64,000 nt of DNA from NCBI GenBank assembly GCA_016212505.1, contig JACRGB010000003.1, forward strand, positions 27,561 through 91,560, written 5' to 3'. Shown piece after piece: positions 58,114 through 64,000 of this stretch (positions are counted from its first letter, which is position 1; each line of letters opens with the position of its first letter). A program made the translations under genes and the position numbers. Under the pieces are notes generated by a model. The model made no database searches and was not told where the DNA came from. It was given only the letters and a program-made list of their open reading frames with translations. This DNA comes from Candidatus Micrarchaeota archaeon. Its GTDB lineage: Archaea > Micrarchaeota > Micrarchaeia > Anstonellales > Bilamarchaeaceae.

Positions 58114-59145
58114 ATGCCAAATGACGAAAAAGCTAGTCCTACCAGCGCAAAAAAGCCAACTTTATTAGACCAGGCAACAAACCTAATTAGCCCGACAATT
58201 GAATTTGGGAAAAAGAACTTTAAGGACCTGTTTGTTAAAATGCTAAAAGTCCAGTTATTAAGTTCAGCTGTAGCAGTTTTATTGCTCATCATATTTGGCC
58301 TCTTGACACTGGGTTTTCTTCTAGCACTAGGAATATCCACTTCGAAGGGTTTTGAGATAGAAAGAATATTTGCAAGCGTGGCAACAATAGTAGCGCTGGT
58401 AGTTTGGGCAGTATTTGCCCTGCTTGTATTCGGAATCGTCAATAAGACAATAACATTAACCAGGCTAAAAATAATAAAATGCCAATACGAGGGCACTTAT
58501 CCGGGGATAAGGAAAACTTTTGGGGAAATTTTGGTGCCGGTCATCAAGGCATCAGTAATAGATCTGATAATAAACGCAGTTGCGCTCGGAATTCCGATCA
58601 TCATTTTAGTTCTCCTTGCAAGCATGCCACTGGTTTTGGTGTTAGGAATATTCGTATTCATCATTTATGCAATACTGTTCATTGTGATCTACCGGTTTTT
58701 CGCACAATTCTGGTATTGGGAACTTGTGATTGACCAAAATGATGCTTATACTGCTCTTATGAGATCCATTTCCCTTGTTAAAAGCGATATCGTAGCCGTA
58801 CTTATTTACGATATAATAGAATTTTTTGGGGCAGTAATAATCTCGATCCCGTTCATCATCCTATCAACAATTGTTGAAATAATATTCAGGGCAGGAGCAC
58901 TGGTATCCGCGCTTGCTTCACCCCTAGGAGGAATCGCGATAGTAGGATTGTTGATCCCGTATATTATATTCAAGGTTGTTGTTGCACTCGTCCAGAGCGG
59001 AACTTCAGACGTTTTTGTCCTTCCATATAAATATTCTTTCTGGATGATCCTGAAAAATGCACCAAAAGAAGACACGAAACAAAAAACAACACCAGAAAGT
59101 AAACAGTTAAAACAGAAAACTACGGAAAAGCCGAAAAACGCCTGA
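58114..59145 (+). CDS. Polytopic membrane protein of unknown function
   Basis: About six TM segments; ALMRSISLVK motif. Confidence 0.75.
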   Translation: MPNDEKASPTSAKKPTLLDQATNLISPTIEFGKKNFKDLFVKMLKVQLLSSAVAVLLLIIFGLLTLGFLLALGISTSKGFEIERIFASVATIVALVVWAVFALLVFGIVNKTITLTRLKIIKCQYEGTYPGIRKTFGEILVPVIKASVIDLIINAVALGIPIIILVLLASMPLVLVLGIFVFIIYAILFIVIYRFFAQFWYWELVIDQNDAYTALMRSISLVKSDIVAVLIYDIIEFFGAVIISIPFIILSTIVEIIFRAGALVSALASPLGGIAIVGLLIPYIIFKVVVALVQSGTSDVFVLPYKYSFWMILKNAPKEDTKQKTTPESKQLKQKTTEKPKNA

Positions 59146-59230
59146 GTTTTATTGAATATTGGGAGTTACTAATCAATAAAAAGCTGAGTATATCATAATA
59201 ACCATGATCTAATTCAAGAGGATTTAATTC

Positions 59231-60781
59231 ATGTCTGAACACAAACACTGGTCAGAGTGGCTGGCAGAGCGGGTAATTGAGGAAAAGAAAGAGCCCTATG
59301 CCATAAGCGGTGGCATGACTACTTCAGGCCCGGCACATTTGGGAACCTTATGCGAATTCATGTTCCCATCAGTAATACAAAAGGCAATTGAAAAGAAAGG
59401 TAAAAAATGCGCATTTTACTTTGTAGCAGACATACTGGACGCTTTTGATGGGGTTCCAGTTGCAATGGAGCAATATACCAAGGAATTGGAGCCGCATTTT
59501 GGAAAGCCCTTATGCAACGTCCCTGATCCAACTGGAAAAACCAAAAGTTTTGGTGACCATTATCTTGATGAAGCACGCGAGCTGATGAAGAAATTTGGCG
59601 TCGGATGCCAGCTCATTAGGATAAACGAGTACTATGAAGAGGGCAAATTCGATGAGTACATAAGTTTTTTCCTTGAGCATGCACCAGAGGCAAGGAAAAT
59701 AGTTGAAGAAACCAGCGGCAAGGAGGAGAAAAAGGACTGGTCTCCGATAATGCCAATTTGCCAAAACTGTGGAAAGGTAGCTACTACTAGAGTAGTTTCG
59801 CACACAAATGAGGAATACGAATACATTTGCGATAAGGATGTCAAATATACCAAAGGCTGTGGCTACAGAGGCAAAAACAAAATCAGCGACCACAAATGCA
59901 AGCTCGTCTGGAGGCTGCATTGGCCGGCATGGAAACAGATTTTTGGGACCTCTATTGAAGGGGCTGGAATAGATCATCATACACAGGGCGGAAGCGAAGA
60001 CACATGCCGAGAGGTCACATTGAATCTTATGAAAAAAGACTACCATATCCCCTATCGGTACGGGTTCATTTTATTCCAAGGCCGAAAATACTCAAAATCA
60101 AAAGGAATCGGGATGGGCGTAACGGATTTGGTCAAATTGTTACCGGTTGAAATTGTCAAATATATATTGGTAAAGCCAGATCTGGAAGAAAACATCGACA
60201 TTAATCCAACGCCGGAAAATTTGCTAAGGACAGTGGAGGATTTTGAAGGCGCGGGCAAATTCGATCAGTCAAAACTAAATGAGATGACCCGGGCGGACCG
60301 TAAGAGGGCTATTGCATATTCGATTAGCGTTGGCACTGGCGATAACGGCAACAATAACCAAGAGAATAAAGTGAACTGGAAAAGCTCGTTTTTGGATACA
60401 TTACTTTACTACCAGCTCTACAAGGACTGGGGCGAAGTTGCAAAAAGAACTAATGACCCAGATGGAGTAGCCTATCTTAGGCCATATATCGAAGCGTGGA
60501 TAGAGAAGGGATTTGTTCCGCAGGATTATGATTTCAAATACCAGCCAACAAACAGCCCGAGTGAGAATGTGAAAAAATTCGTAGCGACATTGAATGATAA
60601 TATGGACGCGCTCGCCATACATAATGCTGTTTTCGAATTTGCAAAAGCAAACGGAATCGAGCCAAAAGCTTTTTTTGCTGAACTTTACCAGGCACTGCTC
60701 GGAAAAGAAAAAGGGCCAAAGATGGGAAAATTGCTTTCTGCATTAAAACCAAGCAAAGTCCAGAAAGATCTGGGAATCTGA
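59231..60781 (+). CDS. lysS: Lysyl-tRNA synthetase class I
   Basis: HW, GMTTSGPAHLG, KLVWRLHWPAW, KYSKSKG, LLGKEKGPKMG. Confidence 0.95.
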   Translation: MSEHKHWSEWLAERVIEEKKEPYAISGGMTTSGPAHLGTLCEFMFPSVIQKAIEKKGKKCAFYFVADILDAFDGVPVAMEQYTKELEPHFGKPLCNVPDPTGKTKSFGDHYLDEARELMKKFGVGCQLIRINEYYEEGKFDEYISFFLEHAPEARKIVEETSGKEEKKDWSPIMPICQNCGKVATTRVVSHTNEEYEYICDKDVKYTKGCGYRGKNKISDHKCKLVWRLHWPAWKQIFGTSIEGAGIDHHTQGGSEDTCREVTLNLMKKDYHIPYRYGFILFQGRKYSKSKGIGMGVTDLVKLLPVEIVKYILVKPDLEENIDINPTPENLLRTVEDFEGAGKFDQSKLNEMTRADRKRAIAYSISVGTGDNGNNNQENKVNWKSSFLDTLLYYQLYKDWGEVAKRTNDPDGVAYLRPYIEAWIEKGFVPQDYDFKYQPTNSPSENVKKFVATLNDNMDALAIHNAVFEFAKANGIEPKAFFAELYQALLGKEKGPKMGKLLSALKPSKVQKDLGI

Positions 60782-60798
60782 GGTTATTTTGTTTTTGT

Positions 60799-60861
60799 AT
60801 GGTAAATTTGATAATTTACCATGCAGACAAATTTTTTCAAATTTGTCCTTTCTAGCAGAAA
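60799..60861. repeat. Mini-palindrome array V (2-3 units)
   Basis: ATGGTAAATT-TGAT-AATTTACCAT; GACAAATTT-TTTC-AAATTTGTC; TTTCT-AGC-AGAAA. Confidence 0.8.
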
Positions 60862-60943
60862 TGGCAAAGGTAATGGCACAATAATGACAAAATGATACAA
60901 ACATTTAAATACATATTTAGCAAAGTAATGAATCAGTGGACCC

Positions 60944-61405
60944 ATGCCACCATTTACCCCCGTTGAACAAAGGTATGTAGTGTACGAAGGTACAGGAGTA
61001 ATAAACGAAAGAGGGGGACCAAATTTATACGACATTTCTGTAGTTTGTTGTTCTACTTCTGGCAATTGGAAAACTGATGCAATAAGAGCGGCCCACAAGG
61101 CAGGCGTGTCCATTCATATGTTAAATGAAGGAACAGAAGTAGGAAAACCTAATTTTGGAGAAACCGGGGTTTTCAAAGGAAATTCATTTGCAGTTTCAAT
61201 AACACCAAATGGAAGAATAACAAAACATTATAGCGAAAAGCGACCAAAAACAGTAGTGGTTGAAAAAGTAGCTGAAGGTGGATTTAGGATTGCATATACG
61301 CTTCATGATGGTCAATCCTTAGGTCATTCTTTTAGGGGGCCAGCTGGTTCAATTGGAGCGGCATTACCAGCCAGAAGGGCAGTGGCTGGAGGAAGACGGC
61401 CATAA
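60944..61405 (+). CDS. Hypothetical protein with Arg-rich C-tail
   Basis: 153-aa ORF downstream of TTTAAATA; ends ALPARRAVAGGRRP. Confidence 0.6.
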   Translation: MPPFTPVEQRYVVYEGTGVINERGGPNLYDISVVCCSTSGNWKTDAIRAAHKAGVSIHMLNEGTEVGKPNFGETGVFKGNSFAVSITPNGRITKHYSEKRPKTVVVEKVAEGGFRIAYTLHDGQSLGHSFRGPAGSIGAALPARRAVAGGRRP

Positions 61406-61434
61406 TAACTAGATCATTCATTCAAATCGAATTT

Positions 61435-62388
61435 TTAAGGGCAGCACACCGGATGTAAGAGCTTATTGAGTCCTACAGCACCGCCAAATTCCAGTTCATG
61501 GACAAAATCACTATGCGTAGCGATCGCAGAACCAAGATCATCATGAAAACAAAATGGATTGCGTTTATAGGCAGCATATCTTGAGCGGAAAACAGTTTCG
61601 TACGGGGCCGAAGTGTCTCCAGGTTTTGTTTCTAGTTCAAGATCAGAACCATTGAGGGTAAAACAGGTGGTATGGCTAAAAGGCCGCTCGCGTATTTTTT
61701 CCCTTCCTTTTCTTAAATCACCATTTCTGAGCATTTGTTTTTGAGGCTCGAAAAAAAGCATATTGCCCGAGCTTTGGGTCCTGGGCATAACAAAAGCGAG
61801 AAAGGCCGGCAAATCCAGAAGGATCGGAAGTGCGATCACTCCCAAATCTGAGACTGACGGGGGGTTTGAAGGGGAAGCAAGTTCCTGGATTGGCCAGAAA
61901 CGAGAGGTGCCAAGAAGTTCGTAAATAACCAGATACATTGAAGCTATGGGCGAGCCAGGTTCTTGGCCACATCGCAATATTCTCCCCATTTGGGCAGGAC
62001 TATCAGTAGGGCAAACCAGGAAAGGAACTCCAGCTTCATCAATTAGAGGGATTTCGGTACGGGCATCATGGGCAAGGATTTTTGGTCCCTTTCCAGTAAG
62101 TTTTATTGCAATGCCGTCGCGATCAACAAGGCTTAGCGAAAGCCTTCCGGTTGCCTTATCATCTTTGAAAGCCAACACTTTTGGCACATTTGTCGGGGCT
62201 GATGGGCCGGCAGCCATAATATCTTTGAGGAGAGTAAATTGTCCAAACGGCCTTGAAGAGGCAGATCCATGGGCAATAGGCGGAACAAATGATGTTGCAG
62301 AGGAAGAATGGTGAGGGACAAAATGAGTGCCGGGTCGAGTTGGAAGTGTAACCATAAAATCAGTTTTATCAAAGTGTTTAGAAAACAA
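61435..62388 (-). CDS. Hypothetical protein (orphan; start probably 62355)
   Basis: 317-aa ORF with a low-complexity N-terminus. Confidence 0.55.
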   Translation of the reverse strand: MFSKHFDKTDFMVTLPTRPGTHFVPHHSSSATSFVPPIAHGSASSRPFGQFTLLKDIMAAGPSAPTNVPKVLAFKDDKATGRLSLSLVDRDGIAIKLTGKGPKILAHDARTEIPLIDEAGVPFLVCPTDSPAQMGRILRCGQEPGSPIASMYLVIYELLGTSRFWPIQELASPSNPPSVSDLGVIALPILLDLPAFLAFVMPRTQSSGNMLFFEPQKQMLRNGDLRKGREKIRERPFSHTTCFTLNGSDLELETKPGDTSAPYETVFRSRYAAYKRNPFCFHDDLGSAIATHSDFVHELEFGGAVGLNKLLHPVCCP

Positions 62389-62459
62389 ATATTATGGCAA
62401 GGGGGTTTTAAATATTGGCATTTTGATTCTGTTATTTGCTCGAATTGATAATCAAAATT

Positions 62460-63419
62460 TCATTCAAAAGGATAGAAATCTATTTTGTATTGCTGTACGA
62501 TTTGTAATGAGTCAACGTTACGGATAATTTCGTAGAATTTGTTGGCTAAATCCCGAAGGAATATGTCCAGTTGCTCCTGATTTTCTACCTCTACTTCAAG
62601 ATCAATATCATGATCCCCAAGGATATTAACAAGATAAACTGAATTCGGATGGCTCTTGCAATAATCTTGTATCTTTTTCCTTGCGGTTTCAGAAGCATTG
62701 GATAAATTTATTGAGATAATGTAAAACAGTACGCCTAATTTTGAATAACGGAATGTGAGTTTATGCCCCCGAATTATACCGGATGCTTCCATCTTTTTGA
62801 TATGTGATTTTATTGTCTCCACGCTTGCTCCTGCGTTTCTTGCAAGGTCAATTATCTTTGTTCTGGAATTTTTAGATAAATCTTTGAGAATTATGTGATC
62901 TGTTTTATCTATAGGCAGGTTTTCAGTAACTCCTCCATAGACTGAATCAATACTTCCTTCAGAATCACTTAGGTAATCCCTAGTCGAAAATAATACATTT
63001 TGAACCAACACGATTTTTTTGGCCAGGATGTTGCCTTCAAATTCTTCTACGATATTTTGGTATGTTTTGGCTAGTTGATCCGTATCTTTCGCATAGATAC
63101 TTACGACTAAATCCCAGGAACCCCTGCATTTTACTACCCAGGTCGTAAAAGAATTACTGACAAAAGCGTCTATTAGCGATTGTTCCTTGTTTGAACTTAT
63201 GCGCTGAAACTTAAGATAAATACGGAAATACAGGTAACCTAATTTTACGCCGTTTATTATTGTATAAAATTTTTCTATCAGGCCTTCGTTTACCAGTTTT
63301 TCGATCCGATATGCGACTAATTGCTTGGAAATGCCCATTTTCTTCGCTATTTCAGCATTTGAGGTCCGGCTGTTCTTATCGAGAATCTTTATAAGTTTTC
63401 GGTCTTTGGCATTGAGCAT
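62460..63419 (-). CDS. Duplicated Lrp/AsnC-family regulator
   Basis: Two HTH+RAM modules (KDRKLIKILDKNSR..GSWDL; TDHIILKDLSKNSR..GDHDI). Confidence 0.9.
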   Translation of the reverse strand: MLNAKDRKLIKILDKNSRTSNAEIAKKMGISKQLVAYRIEKLVNEGLIEKFYTIINGVKLGYLYFRIYLKFQRISSNKEQSLIDAFVSNSFTTWVVKCRGSWDLVVSIYAKDTDQLAKTYQNIVEEFEGNILAKKIVLVQNVLFSTRDYLSDSEGSIDSVYGGVTENLPIDKTDHIILKDLSKNSRTKIIDLARNAGASVETIKSHIKKMEASGIIRGHKLTFRYSKLGVLFYIISINLSNASETARKKIQDYCKSHPNSVYLVNILGDHDIDLEVEVENQEQLDIFLRDLANKFYEIIRNVDSLQIVQQYKIDFYPFE

Positions 63420-63591
63420 ATTTTTACTTTAATACAAAAAAGGTTAAAAAGGCTAGTTTTTAGTAAAAAAAATTATCAAAAAGTTTTAAATAACTAAGAA
63501 GTGTTAGTAATCTGTCAAGAAGTGTTTATAGATCAAAAATGAGGTGTTCAGATGAATAAAACGGAAAAGGGTTTACTTCCATCGAAATGAA

Positions 63592-64000
63592 TTGAAAAAC
63601 TGCAGGAGAATAGTTGTAAAAGTTGGCAGCTCAACAATGGTGGATCAGGAACGCAGGTTTAAATCACATGTTGCAAGTCGCCTTGCAGAAGACATTGCAT
63701 GGTTAAGGCAACAAGGAAAGGAAGTGCTGCTTGTATCTAGTGGGGCAGTGGCCCTTGGCAAGAGAGGAAATGAAGGACTTAAGCGTGAGCTTGCGGCCGG
63801 CAAAGGGCAGCGGCTCTTGATGGAGGGCTGGGCAGCAGCATTTGCACCTTTTGGACTAGATGTTTGCCAAGTCCTGGTCAATGAAAATGATTCAATTGAC
63901 TTTAGCTTGCTAATGCAGGCTGAGCTCCAGGCGATTATAAATGGTAATGATTTATCCTGCATAACGAACAATGATTTAATCGCAAGTGCAATAGCAACAA
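63592..64000 (+). CDS. proB: Glutamate 5-kinase-like (amino-acid kinase family), partial
   Basis: Manual translation: RRIVVKVGSST, EVLLVSSGAVALG, AAGKGQRLLM, IINGND; runs off the window. Confidence 0.75.
   Translation, partial: MKNCRRIVVKVGSSTMVDQERRFKSHVASRLAEDIAWLRQQGKEVLLVSSGAVALGKRGNEGLKRELAAGKGQRLLMEGWAAAFAPFGLDVCQVLVNENDSIDFSLLMQAELQAIINGNDLSCITNNDLIASAIAT

Overview
Compact archaeal chromosomal region. The archaeal-type MCM, DnaG, CarS, class I LysRS, HARP and TATA promoters, plus the tight packing, stand-alone 5S rRNA and many orphans, suggest a DPANN lineage, probably Micrarchaeota-like (inference). Housekeeping genes (mcm, trm5, leuS, dnaG, sppA, carS, RNA ligase + HARP, aspS, grpE-dnaK-dnaJ, ksgA, 5S rRNA, lysS) alternate with three toxin-antitoxin pairs, a class III signal-peptide (pilin-like) cluster and surface glycoproteins. 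Notable observations: (1) six tandem CedA/VirB6-like membrane paralogs, one fused to two VirB2-pilin-like repeats, sit upstream of a 1873-aa toxin-like protein ending in a PI3/4K/HipA-like kinase domain; (2) a family of recurring mini-palindromes (17-26 bp) forms back-to-back arrays, both intergenic and in-frame inside genes, and some units encode pilin cleavage motifs; (3) two unannotated structured RNA candidates; (4) a class III nucleotidyl cyclase fused to a degenerate HD-GYP domain; (5) tandem catalytically dead M50 protease homologs. All calls come from motif recognition by eye; no searches were run.
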